64,000 nucleotides of DNA, taken from positions 37,386,001-37,450,000 of the forward strand of contig CM097887.1 of NCBI GenBank assembly GCA_044892525.1. Reading direction: 5' to 3'. The position numbers were made by a program, and so were the translations under genes. The DNA comes from Schmidtea polychroa (taxonomy: Eukaryota). Below, piece after piece: positions 24,852 to 37,269 of the stretch (its first letter is position 1; each line of letters starts with the position of its first letter). The notes beneath the pieces were generated by a model. The model did no database searches. It was not told the origin of the DNA and saw only the letters and a program-made list of their open reading frames with translations.

Positions 24852-25928
24852 ATGAGTTTAGAATCAAATATAAATGCAACCTCGTTCATAGATCAATTGA
24901 AAATGAAATCTCTATCCAGATTGGATGAAAAATGCGCACAAATACTTTTCAGCGCCAATAAAGTTTGTGTTTTTTTCTTTGCCAAATCATCCAATGAATG
25001 GTTAAAAGATAATTTGCAAGGCACTTTTCACTTGTATGAAACAAGTGATAATCGAAAATATTCAATTATATTTTTGAATAATAATGTGCTGGTTGACATT
25101 ATTTCGTACAAAATACAGAAATTGTCTGAAGTTGAATTATGTTTACAAGAAAATTTTGTGAAAATGGAACGGGGAGGAGAATACAGTCTTGCTTTTCAAT
25201 TTGAAACAACAGATAAAGCTCAACAATGTTTCACTAACGTTTTAAATGCCTCGAACGTTTGCAAAGGTGTAATCGATAAATTTCCGAAGACTATACAACC
25301 GGAAACAATTACAGAGAAAGAAAAGACAATATTTAAAGCTGATTATAACAACAAAAATACCATTAAATTATTTTTTACTTCCAAAAATAACAGTTTGACC
25401 AATTTTCATCAAGATAATCCAAATCAACATCAGGAGCAAAATCATGTTGAAACCTTCAGTTCCCCCCTCAGCAAATTTAGATGCAATTACCAAAATAACA
25501 ATAAAATTATTAATCATAATCGTAATCAAAACTATAATCAAAACTATAATCAAAACTATAATCAAAATTATAATCATAACTATAATTATAATCAAAATTA
25601 TAATTATAATAAAAATTATAATAATAATCAAAATTATTATTATGATCAAAATTATTATTATGATCAAAATTATTATTATAATGAAAATTATTATTATGAT
25701 CAAAATTATTATTATAATGAAAATTATTATTATAGTGAAAACTATTATTATAAAGAAAACTATGAATATTCTAACACAAATAATGTTTGCCAGAATTATG
25801 CGGATAGAAATACAAAGTTATCTTCAAACAACCAGCGCAGCTTCGCTTATAACAAAGGCAAAAAAAATGGATCTTATAATAATTGTAAAAGTAAAGATCG
25901 GAGAGTAAAAGTTGCTGGAGACATTTGA
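24852..25928 (+). CDS. DCP1: mRNA-decapping subunit DCP1-like protein (EVH1 domain) with an N/Q/Y low-complexity C-terminal tail, 358 aa
   Basis: LSRLDEKCAQILFSANKVCVFFF..SNEWLKDNLQGTFHLY aligns with DCP1 LKQHDPYITSI..QVALYTF..NQWEKTDIEGTLFVY. Intronless. Confidence 0.65.
   Translation: MSLESNINATSFIDQLKMKSLSRLDEKCAQILFSANKVCVFFFAKSSNEWLKDNLQGTFHLYETSDNRKYSIIFLNNNVLVDIISYKIQKLSEVELCLQENFVKMERGGEYSLAFQFETTDKAQQCFTNVLNASNVCKGVIDKFPKTIQPETITEKEKTIFKADYNNKNTIKLFFTSKNNSLTNFHQDNPNQHQEQNHVETFSSPLSKFRCNYQNNNKIINHNRNQNYNQNYNQNYNQNYNHNYNYNQNYNYNKNYNNNQNYYYDQNYYYDQNYYYNENYYYDQNYYYNENYYYSENYYYKENYEYSNTNNVCQNYADRNTKLSSNNQRSFAYNKGKKNGSYNNCKSKDRRVKVAGDI
25537..25768 (+). repeat. Coding tandem repeats: 12-nt (NQNY)n then 18-nt ([DNSK][QE]NYYY)n
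   Basis: aatcaaaactat x4, followed by about 8 units of the gatcaaaattattattat / aatgaaaattattattat type. Confidence 0.85.
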
Positions 25929-26378
25929 AATCTGTGCATCAAATTTTCATAAAATAAATATTTTTTTTTGCTTATAATTTTTGTAAAAAGTAAGGGCATT
26001 CGTAGTAATTTTACAATTTTCATCAGACCTGTCGTCTTTAAAATTGATTTGATTTACAACTCTGGATGTCATTTCCCCAATCCCTGAATTTTATTTGACT
26101 TTTGGTCAATCCTGAATCGCGTGTGTCCATTTTTTTGTGTTCAAAAATTGTATTTTTTATGGGTGCGCATACAGACGCGAACAATGTGATTTTTTTGGAA
26201 TTGATTTGAGTCTTGGATTTTTTTATGAATTCGTCGAATTTTGGATTGTGATATATTTTGGAATTTCAAAGTTTTTGTTTAAAAGGTTTATGTTTTTGTG
26301 TTTGAAAATAAAAGATTTCTAAATTCGTTTGGCGTGATCATTTCGAAATGGAAAATGGTATGGATTTTAAAAAAGCTA

Positions 26379-26700
26379 ATGAATGTGAAAGAAGTATGTG
26401 AAATAAATCTTGATGAGGGTGAATTTGAAGAAATTATTCCATTAAAAGATGATGCAAAATTTGTTTTCAGTGGTCATTGAAATGTTGTTTTGTCAGTAGT
26501 TTGTGACAATAAATCGAGTGTTTGCATTCACTGGTGGAATGGATGATACCATAATTGCATGGAATTTAGAAGATGACAAACAGATTGGCAATCACCATTA
26601 ATAACGAAATTAAGCATCAACGAAACTAACTCATTCCTTGGAAGTGTGGATTTATGTAGTTATGTAAAGCTTGATCAAATGAAGTTTAATAAATTCAAAC
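26379..26700 (+). pseudogene. AAMP/SQT1-like WD40 pseudogene fragment
   Basis: An acidic N-terminus, then KDDAKFVFSGH*NVVLSV..(frameshift)AFTGGMDDTIIAWNL and SFLGSVDLCSYVKL, versus AAMP RDDSEVTFALH..AVTGGEDDKAFVWRL and TLVATGDMSGLLKV. In-frame TGA at 26478-80. Confidence 0.55.
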
Positions 26701-27063
26701 CAGCAGTTTCAATTAATAATTTAATCGATGAAAATTCACCAGAAATGGTGTCTGCCTTTTACAATCAAGATAGCATCGATTATTAAAATTTAATTTTTTC
26801 TGAAATTAGGAATAACTTCGTTTATTAATAACAAAAAACTTTTTATTATATTTTTAACATAAATTGGCTTTCCACCACTAATAAAACTTTTAATTTGAAT
26901 AATTATAATCAAAATTGAATAAAATACTTTAATAACAAATATCCATTTCAAATACATATATTTCCAATATATATTTGGTTTTGTTTACACCCTTTAACTA
27001 CCATTTCCTTTTCAAACAAAATTTTCATTAATAATTTTGTCATCCATTAACAATTTTGTCAAT

Positions 27064-27116
27064 ATGACAGAAAACAAGAAAAGGAAATATGAAGAAGAAA
27101 ATAGAAGCTTTAAATT
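27064..27116 (+). mobile_element. 5' end of a GTF2IRD2/SPIN-like hAT transposase, split by the Gypsy insertion
   Basis: MTENKKRKYEEENRSFK matches the KKRKxxxEnRxF start of this family. It resumes at 31207. Confidence 0.6.
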
Positions 27117-27368
27117 TATTAGGATTCTCATCCGTGAGAACATCTATTTTCAAATCACTAAATAATTCCATAAATTTTATTTAATAAATTATATACTCAA
27201 AAACTCGTCTATTCTTAAATTTGTTATTTAAACAAATTTCAGTTTTTCTTAAAATATTTTTTGATAAAAATAAATTTCGTTCTTTTTAAAATATTTTTCA
27301 ATAAAAATATATTTTAAATTTTAACAAAATTTCTAATTAATCTTGAAGAATCTTTCAACTTCCTCATA
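27117..27368 (-). repeat. Gypsy 3' LTR, 252 bp, preceded by the polypurine tract
   Basis: Termini TATGAGGA...TCCTAATA form a 7/8 inverted repeat. The PPT GGAGGGGAA lies at 27369-27377. 27117-27251 matches 31078-31211. Confidence 0.8.
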
Positions 27369-30300
27369 TTCCCCTCCATAAGAAATTTTTTAAGTTTTTC
27401 CACGTTTCCTTCACTCTTTTTACAATTCTCGTTTCTTAAGATATATCGTCTATCATGCACTTTCTCGATCACTTGATATGGCCCCTCATATCTGTTCTGG
27501 CTTTTGTTGCGTGTTTCTAATTTTACTAACACATCTTCTCCTACGTTAAATTTCCTCCTTGTTTGTTCTTCTTGTTCTTCCTTTACCTGTTTTTCTTTTA
27601 ACCCTTACCATTTCTCCTTGCTAATCTTTTTTTTCAAAAACTATCTCTGACAGGCTTTTTCCTGTCGTTTTTGTTTGGTTGCATTTAATGTAAATTCAAC
27701 TTCTGGTAGTATCTCTGCCCAATCCGTCTTCCTTCTGTCTCGTAAAGTAGCATTTAACAGCTCTCGTATTGTCCTGAGGTGCCTTTCTATCTGTCCATTT
27801 GTTTGATGATGATATGGACTTGAAGAACATAACTTAATATCAAGCATCATAGTGAATTCTCTCATCTTTCCTGATTCAAATGCCTTCCCACAATCAACTC
27901 TTATCTCCTTTGGGCACCCAAATCTTAAAATCCATTTTTCTAAAATCGTTTTCTTTATTGTTTCCTCGTCTTGTCTTGTTATAGTTGTCAAGACTTGATA
28001 CTTACTATACTGGTCTATTATACTCAATATATACTTCTTACGTCCTTTTATTTCTTGCATTGGTCCACATATATCCACGAAAATAATTTCAAATATTTCG
28101 GTTGATTCTAGTTTTTTTATTGGCCTAATATCTTTTTTCTCTTTTTTCCATACACAGATTAACGGTGTGTTCCATGGGGGTTGCCTTTCCGTATAATCAT
28201 AAACGTGATCGCCTTGTGGTCTGTCCTTAGCGTGAATCTTCTTCCGTAGAGATAGTGCTTAAAATGAATACAAAATAGTATACCACCAATAGTTCCTTCT
28301 TTGTAATGCAATATCCTTTTTCATGGCTCGTCATCGAGTGTGATCCATACGCAATTACTCTCTCCTTTCCATCTTTATCTCTTTGCGAAAGCACTGCTCT
28401 AATGGTATCAAAACTGGCATCAGTATCTAAAATGAACTCCTTTCTCAGATCAGGAAAGCATAGAATCGGTGCCGTTAGGAGTGCTAACTTCATTCCCTCG
28501 AATACGTTATTCGTTCCTTCAGTCCATTCCAATTTTTTGTTACTCGGACCGCTACATAATTGTTCTAACATCCTTGATTTCTTTGCATACTCACTGATGA
28601 ATCTTCAATAATTATTACAAATGCCTAGAAAGCTTCGAAGTTTCTTTACGCAACTTGGCTTCCCAAAGTTTTGTATAGCCTGAATCTTAGAAGGATTGGT
28701 TTTCAATACTTCTTTACTGATTATGTGTCCAAAGAATCTGATTTCTTTCTTTATTATTTGACACTTTCTGGGTTAATCGTTAGACCTGCTTCATCGATCG
28801 CTTTTAATACTTCACTGAGTATTGTATACTGTTTTTCTTTACTATTCGAATAAATCAGAATGTCATCCAAATAGACCATTGCTCCATTTATTTTGCCTAT
28901 TACCTTTGTCATCATTTCCTGGAACGTACCTGGTGCTGCAGCGATTCCGAACGGCATTCTATTGAAACAGTATTGCCCTTTCTTTGTTGAGAATGCTGTT
29001 TTCTCTTGCGATTCTTTGTCTAACTCCACTTGGTAATATGCATTACCAAGATCGATTGAGCTAAAATAAACTGACCCTCCTAACAAATCTAACATCTCGT
29101 CTATGTTTGGCATTGGGAATGCCTGCCTCTCTGTTACTGCATTCAGCTGTCTGAAATCCAAGCATAGCCTAATATCTTTTTTCTCTTTTTTCCATACGCA
29201 GATTAACGGCGTGTTCCATGGAGAGTTGCATTTCCGTATAATCCCGTTTTCGTACAAATTTTGTATAGCTTCTTCAATTTTTGTTTCCAAATTCAATGGT
29301 TGACGATATGGTTTTAAGTTTATCGGTTCACCTCTTGTAATTATCTTATGCTTTACCAAATGCGTGCGACCCACATCCCGTTTATCCGCCATAAACACGT
29401 TTCCACTGTTCGTTATTATTTCCTTCAATTTACTATCCTCATCAATCTTTAGATGTTCCAACGCTCTCGTCAATCTTTCTCCATCCTTTATTTGTCTGCC
29501 GAATTTTGCTTCAATGTTACAAATATAATTCTTGTCTTTTCACTAGATTCGAAATTTTCTTTTTTGCCAGCTTATATCCAAATGCTTCTAGTAATTCTAC
29601 TCCTCCTATCACCTCTGGTGTCACTTTCTCCGCCACAATAAATCTAACTTCCTTAGAAATATCTCCGATAGTTACTTTAACCTTTGTTCTTCCAATTGTC
29701 TCTATCGTATTTTCGTTTGCACATCGTAACTTATCGTCCTTCTCATCAATTGTTGTCCTCGTAACTTGTTAAAACAGTTCACACTCATTACGTTTATTCG
29801 TGCTCCGGTGTCTAATAAACATTCGAAAATTTCCCCATTCATCATTACTGTTACACTAGGTATTCCCTGTAGCTTGTTATATACAATTTCTACCTCCAAC
29901 CCCATTTCAATTGTTCCAATTCTTTCCACTTCCTCTTCAAACTTTTCTCTCCTTAGGAACCTGTATACTTTCTCACTTATACTTCCTACATTCTCCTACT
30001 TTTCTACTCCTTGAGGATATCCCATCCACTTTTGTGTTAGTATACGGCTCCAACCAACTTTTCTATTGGTGGAGCCCTGTTGTTTGGGTACGTCCTACTA
30101 AAATTATCTTCATTTGTCTCTACGCACGATTCCATTTCCTCTTCTTCTTTGATTCCATTATCCTGGCTGTATCTGTTTCCTGTCGGTCTTTGTTTCTCTA
30201 TCGATTTCTTGTAACTCGACTTTATATAACATTCTTTTGATCTATGACCATTTCTGTTGCATCTTTTACACCGTATTTCTTGACATAACCTTCTTATATT

Positions 30301-31064
30301 ACCTTCTTTCCCACAACCAAAACATCTTGGCACTTTTTTATCTGGACAATTCCTACTTATATGTCCGCTTCTGTGACACGTCCAGCATTCTATCGTACTT
30401 CTTACTGGACATTCTATTTTCGTGTGGCCTAATTTGTGGCATAGCCAGCACTCTGGTTCTTCTCGTCGCCTGACTTCTTCTCTTTCATCTTTCTCCTTGT
30501 ACTGTCGTCTTCTCTGTGGATCCTGATAGACCACTCTTGCATAACTTTTCAAAGCGTTGATATGATCTCTCTGCCTGTCCACTTTATCCATCGGAATTAA
30601 TGTTTCCTTTATCTCCTCTGTGCTTTTCATCTTCCTCAATATTACTTCTTTCTCAACTTCTTTATTCTCAGCACATACTATCAACATCTTTGTTGTTATT
30701 TTCTCTTTGGTGAATTCTTTATTCTCAGACAACCTGTCAACAAGGTCCTACACTTTTTTTAAATATGTTTCAATCTCTTCGCCTCTTCTTTTATAATTCA
30801 ATAAACTTTCCATATCCTTTATTACGTCTCTTTCGTAATCAAATGCCATTCGTAACCTGGTTTGAAATCCTTCTGCTTTACTAACTGTCTTCGCATATTT
30901 CTCCAAAAGATCCTCATCGATCATGCATGCAGTCAATCTTTCCTGTTTTTTTTATTGAATCCTTTAGCATCGAAATAGATCTCGGTTCTCTGATGAATTT
31001 TTCCAAGTCATCACCTTGACAGAACACCTTTGGTAATAATCTTTCGGTAATCGCGTTGGTGTTT

Positions 31065-31077
31065 ACCACTGCCACCA
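31065..31077 (-). promoter_or_regulatory. Primer-binding site, tRNA-Leu type
   Basis: TGGTGGCAGTGGT immediately follows the 5' LTR end. It is complementary to the tRNA-Leu 3' end ACCGCUGCCACCA with one G-U pair. Confidence 0.75.
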
Positions 31078-31211
31078 TATTAGGATTCTCATCCGTGAGA
31101 ACATCCGTTTTCAAATCACTAAATAATTCCATAAATTTTATTTAATTAATTATATACTCAAAACCTTGTCTCTTCTTAAATTTGTTATTTAACAAATTTC
31201 AGTTTTTCTTA
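31078..31211 (-). repeat. Gypsy 5' LTR, truncated (outer ~118 bp missing)
   Basis: High-identity direct repeat of 27117-27251 that stops at TCTTA, where hAT coding sequence resumes. Confidence 0.8.
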
Positions 31212-32670
31212 CGCCATATCCCGGAATATTGGACAAACTAAACGCTCGTATACAGAAGGTGAATTTATAAAGTAAAATATATGTGAGGTGGTTAAGATGC
31301 TAGATTCTAATAATACCAAATTACATAGGTTGGTTGGAAAAATTCTTGTTTCACGCCATACAACCGAGAGACGGGTTTCTGAAATGAGTATAGATTGTGT
31401 AGAACAGCTGATAGTTGATTTAAAAAAATGTAGCGTTTAGTTAGGCTCTCGATAAATCTACAAACATTCAAGATAATCCACAACTAGATGTATTTATCCA
31501 ATATGTATCTAATCTAACCGTGAAAGAAGAATTGCTGGATTTAGTAGCACTCAAGAATGCAACCAGTGGGGTTGATATTAAGAATGCACTGGACACAATA
31601 TTATCATCTAATATTATACCTTTGAACCGACTAGTAAGCGTTGCAATCGATGGTCGATCTGCGATGTTAGGTAAAAATATAGGTCTTGTTGATCTTTTTT
31701 AAAAGTGATCCGAAAATACTTGATTTTATATCTGTTCATTTTATTATTCACCGTGAAAATTTAATAGCCAAGTATGGCAATGTTATGAAAACAGTTCTTA
31801 AGGTTGTTAATTACATTCGAACAAACTCAAAAAATCATAGACAATTAAAAAATATTCTTGAAGAATTAGAATTTGATGACCATCCTAAATGAGTTACCGT
31901 TCTATTCTATTGTGAGATGGTTATCTACATATAATGTATTAAGTCGTTTCTAAAAAAACAAAACTTTTATCCACAGTTAGAAGAAACTTACTGGCTACAA
32001 GATTTAATGTTCTTAACTGATACTATGGAACATCTACAATCACTAAATTTAAAATTACAAGGAAAGGAAATAACTATCGTTGATCTCACCCATGTGATTT
32101 TTAGCCTTGAAAGAAAATTAAAACTGTTTAAAAACGATTTGATTTCGAAAACTTTCAGTCATTTCACAAATCAAAGATAGTTAACTTGAAGAGCATGTAG
32201 ATAAATTACAGGAATTAATAGATGATTTTGCACTGAGATTTGAAGATTTAAGAAAATTTAAATTATGCATCAATTTTTTAATGAATCTATTTGAAATTGA
32301 TGTAATCAACGAAGGATTTTCAATTATACAAAGTATTTTACCTATAACAACTACTGCAGAATTAGAATTGATTGGCATGCTGGAAAACCTTGGATTAAAA
32401 ATGCACCATACATCGATAGTGTCTCCAATAAAATTTTGGAAACTTATTGCTGAATCTAAATACCACATTTGAAAAAGGCCGCCTTAAAGTTAGTCACAAT
32501 GATTGACACAGTCTATTGTTGTGAATCATTGTATTCTGCAATGAAGTATATTGAATCAAAACATAGCTTGCATCTAACAAATGAACAGTTATCCTAACTT
32601 CTTCGCATTGCATTAACAAATTATAAGTCAGATTTTAAGAAATTTGCATCCAAAATGCAATCTCAAAAAA
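31207..32670 (+). mobile_element. GTF2IRD2/SPIN-like hAT transposase, degenerate (main body)
   Basis: SYAISRNIGQTKRSYTEGEFIK, VKEELLDLVALKNATSGVDI, VAIDGRSAMLG, HFIIHRENL, VVNYIR, FWKLI..KY. Many stops and frameshifts; TIRs not found. Confidence 0.8.
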
Positions 32671-32919
32671 GAAACATTTGATAGTGAATAATAAATAAAT
32701 TTTGAAATGAATGAGTGGTTAATAAACATTTCTGTAAAAAAAATTTTTTTAACTTTTGCCAAATTGTGGCTCCCCATAATTTAAGTTTATGGTTTTTGAC
32801 TCTTATGGAAGAAAACGACATCATGAAAATTACATCTCTACAGAAAAATATAAAATAATAGTATATGTTATTTACTTGATGATTCTGGATACAACATATA
32901 TAAAAAGATTTAATGAGAT

Positions 32920-34944
32920 TCTTGCTCTTGTTGCTAGTTGCAAGTGATTTTATGTGAGGCTCCAACTTAGTTAACTTCAGTCTCAAATCAACCGATATCC
33001 TTTTTTCATGAGCAAATCATTTATGGCATTAAAACCCCATTCTGCTATATATGAAGACATAAACGGAAACAATAGTTTTCTTGCACATTTCACTTAAATT
33101 GAATGTTTCATTTCATTCCTCACAAAGTCCTGCCATCGCTCCTTTTATATTAAATAAAGTTTTAACTGATTCATCATTTTGCATTTCTATGAGTTCTTCT
33201 TGGTGCGGTATATTTGAAATATCTGACAAATCCACTAGCATTGACTGCCACATCCAAATTGGAAATTCGATTTGTTTCAAATCAGAAAATCTTTATTTTA
33301 AATCAGCCGATAGAAATTTCTAATGATCGACAATAACAGTTATTGTTGAATGTTCGCCAAAAGATATGAGATATGAAGCACACTATATATTTAATTCAAA
33401 ACAGACATCAATATGGCGATCTAAATTACCGCAACGTAATATGATACACCCGTTTCCACAATATAAGAGTTTCTATAATCTAAAAAAAAAATCGATAAAA
33501 TTATATTATAGCAACACACAAACTTACCTGTGTGCAAAAATTTAATGTTCCGAATGTAGAAAGTTTTATTATAGGAATTGAGAAAGTGACAGAAAAATAA
33601 TTTTACATACAAACACAGGACACATAATATAAAATACACGCAAATTTAATATAGCTTTTTTGTTCCGAAAGTAGAGAGTCATTAACATACTGTTAACATA
33701 TCATTAATTTAAAATTATTAAAATTCATGGCTGAAAAAAATTTGGATTTTGAATCTGACAACTCAACTTTGAGTTTTTGAGAAATGGACGACAAAACATC
33801 GTAAGATCTATTTATAAAATATTTTTGAAGTTAATATTTCTTTAGATTTTCAGATATTTCTTTGGAGACATTTCCATTTTGCGAAGGTGAAGATCTGACA
33901 ATGTAAGAATTTTTTTATTTAATTACAAATAATTAAAATATTTTACAGCATATCAGATATTTCTAGTCAAACGCCTTTGTGTGAAGATATTCAACAAGTT
34001 CCATCGACATTTTTGGAATTGAAGAAAAAAATTCGAAAATCGTAAATTTTAATAACTAAAAAAAAAATAATATTTTCAAAGAATTTCAGAAAATGACAAA
34101 ATCCGTCTCATCAATCCATATGAAAATGGAGAAAATTATAAAGATTTTGGAAGATTACTGGGAATCTCCAAAAAATCGATTAGAACCATTATTTCTTAAA
34201 AAAATAAATGTTTTTGGTGATTATTTTATTTCTTTTTAGTTAAAAATATATATAACTTACATTTTATTGAAATAATTCCAAATTCATAACATATCATAAA
34301 ATACCTAAAAAAGCACCTGAAATTTAATTATCAATATATTATAAATATATTATAAATGCTGATTACAAGTAATATTTAAGAGCTTGAATAATGATCTCAT
34401 AATTATATGAAATCAAAATTCAAGCCTTAAAATATACTTAAATTTAAAAAACTTACTTCTAAAACCATAAATAAAATTGAATTGAGAATGAAAAAATGAA
34501 ATAAACATTCTCATAAATGGTGAGTCATCGATAGATGAACACACCAACATGTATTATAGAGACTTTTAACATGTGGAAACGGGTGTATCGACAAGAACTA
34601 TTGCACAACAGTTTCGTCGTTCAACACTGTTACGCAACATTGTCGCAGTATTTTAACAGTATAACAGTATCAGTCACTTCAAATTTTTATAACCAATGAA
34701 ACTTTATAAAATTTTTTTCGCATAGATGTTTCTGAAATAATTCAATAAAAGTAAAGAAACCAAATATCTTAGCTAAGGCGACAATAAGAATTTTGCTTGT
34801 TCCTTGAAGTTGCTGATTTAATATATTTAGTTTTTCAAAGATATCGCCTAAATAAATTAGAAGTGCTTTACCATTGACCGTTAACAGATACTTAATTTCA
34901 GGTTTGTCACTTAAAAAATTACTAGGAGTATCAAATTGTTTCAT
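32920..34944 (-). mobile_element. Fragments of a Buster/ZBED5-type hAT transposase (34687-34944 and about 32920-33330), separated by about 1.3 kb of other sequence
   Basis: YLGDIFEKLNILNQQLQG, KLLFPFMSSYIAEWGFNAI and LRLKLTKLEPHIKSL match the family C-terminus. Confidence 0.65.
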
Positions 34945-35589
34945 AAATCATTCCCATTTCGAAAAGTCAAGGAAATTCTTCCCATTGAATCCTAAAATAA
35001 ATAAAAATTATAAAACTCGGATGAAAAATTAGTTCGAAGAACAATCAATTTCAATTGAAAATTTCTTTGTGGTACATGCTATTAATTATTTTGCTTACGG
35101 ATATAACTATTATTACTTATCAATTTTCGTGATTTTGTTTTGCTTTATCAAGTCAATTGTATGATATACGTCAGTTGTTGTTAACAAATATAAACCCTAG
35201 TGCCTATTACGGTTTTGTGTGTCAAAAAGCGTGCATAAATGCTGCATTAAATATTTCTCTTTTAAAAGAATATATTTCAAATAACGAAAACCCAGTTCAA
35301 TCGTAAAGCAGCCCAAATTCTTGCCAGGAAATTTTTATATAATGAACCAGTTCCTTATGCTTTACAAAATCAGCTAACATTATTTCAAGTTCCTGGACAA
35401 AACCACTCAGTTTGAGCTTCACAATTTCATCAATACGCAACATTGATGCTACCTCAACCGATTTTGGCTATTTATTTACCGCAACCACAATATGGTTATC
35501 AAACGTTCACTGTAGTGATTCCTACCACTAACAATGGACAACAAGTAACATTCAGTCAAAATGGTCCTGCACCATGGTATACTTTAGCT

Positions 35590-36167
35590 CAGTGGTTCTC
35601 AATTAATATAAAAGCGCGGAACACCATTCACAAGATTTTTTTACGCGGAACACTGACAAAAAAATACTTGCCCACAATGATTGACCAATTACAAATTACT
35701 ATAAATCTGTCGTAAACGTAAACAATGTCTCTTATAAGCAAAGAAAATACCACGCACAACAATAACAAGCAATAAAAACACTTTTATATTTGTATGTTTA
35801 TATATCTGTGTAACGGCTTCCTTATTTTATCATCTTATAAAAAAATTAATTGAGGTTTTTGATGATATGTATCTTAACCCCTTCAGACCTGAATTATTGT
35901 TAATGGAGATAAAAAATCTTTTTTTAGCAATTATTTGCCAAAATAGTAAGCTTGAAACACATGTATGATAAAAATAATATATTTATGAAGTAAAATATAT
36001 TAAATAAGGAATCTATAAAGTTTTTAATGTTATGTGCATAATTCTGCACACGGGGTCTGAAGGGGTTAAATTCAAATTTAAAAATAAAATGTCATTTTTT
36101 TCGCGGAACACGGGAAACGAATTTGCGGAACACTGATGTTCCGCGGAACACGGGTTGAGAACCACTG
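35590..36167. mobile_element. hAT (Charlie/Buster) MITE, 578 bp
   Basis: Perfect 13-bp TIR CAGTGGTTCTCAA. Exact TSD CTTTAGCT with central TA (35582-89, 36168-75). Five subterminal GCGGAACAC motifs. Confidence 0.92.
35878..36065. mobile_element. piggyBac-type MITE, 188 bp, nested in the hAT MITE
   Basis: 12-bp TIR CCCCTTCAGACC; TTAA on both sides (35874-77, 36066-69). Confidence 0.88.
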
Positions 36168-37269
36168 CTTTAGCTGAATTATTGGCAGCATCACAATAAT
36201 CCTCTCAAACCTCAAACAACAACAGTTCAATTTCAATTGCTCAAACTTTAAGATGAGTTGCTACAACTGATAAAAATCCCAAATTAACAGGCGATAAGTG
36301 CACAACATACTTATGCCAGTATTTTTTGGACTAGAATAACTCTCGACTTACTTGACTTATTGTCACAGAACTTGTATTTGAGTGAATATATGTCACCAGC
36401 TCATGTGACAAATACAGCCATATTTTATCTCTGATTCCTCCTGCAATTTTAAGCAAGATTTCAGCGGTAATTCTTCGAACAATGCCCGCTAGCGTAAATA
36501 AAACTGTTGTAAAGTTTGATGGTGTATACTTATATATTTATATTTGAGTATTTGTGCAATATACGATCGTATGTAAAAGGATATTTGATGAACCCGATAG
36601 AGTCACCGATAGAAAATTGTGGCGGGACAATCGAAGTGCGTGTATGTAACTAATAAATGTCCTCGTATGAATGTTTGCAAAATCGAATGATTAAAAAAGA
36701 ATTAATAATAGACGACGTAATCAACAAACACTTTTATTAATTAAGAATTAATATGCGACCTGTTTATTTCCGAATATTGTTGGCTTAACCAAACCTGGAA
36801 TGGCTAGGTAACTAGTAATTTGGTTCAGGGTAATTTATTGTATTCCGGTAGATATTACGAAGTAGGGTACCAAAAACGTAAGAGATTATATAACAAATAT
36901 ATAATTTTAAAACTTTTATTCTAACACACTTTATGTTATTAGAGATAGTTCTATAGGTATCTGAAGTCACTGATAGTGAGAATTAGGGCAGGAAAGTATA
37001 GTGATTGTCACTGGGTACAAAGTATATTTGACACGATTTAATGTTCAAATTTCCAAAGGATTTCTTTGATTAAAGTTGATTTGTTGAATATTCGTTTTTG
37101 ATTATTCTTCTCGGTTGTCACTGGGTACAAAGTATCAGAACTCAGTAGCTTTATAAGATTGTAATTTTTTTATTGATTACTTATATTTTCATTAGTTTTC
37201 GTTTTATTTTTTGTGCGTTTACTATAGCGATGATTTATGATAGTAAATTATCGCTATATAGTTTTTTTA

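Larger units (their letters stand above)
27117..31211 (-). mobile_element. Defective Ty3/Gypsy LTR retrotransposon (gag with four CCHC-type knuckles, PR, RT, RNase H, IN)
   Basis: Gag CWLCHKLGHTKIEC, CWTCHRSGHISRNC, CFGCGKEGNIRRLC, CKRCNRNGHRSKEC; protease LLDTGA; RT YLDDILIYS; RNase H DAS..AVLSQ; integrase DICGP / DCGKAF / NGQIER. The order RT-RH-IN defines Gypsy. Many frameshifts. Confidence 0.95.

Noticed and set aside
25368-25908. Ile-rich ORFs resembling membrane proteins
   Set aside because: They are alternative-frame and antisense readings of the N/Y repeat in the DCP1-like gene.
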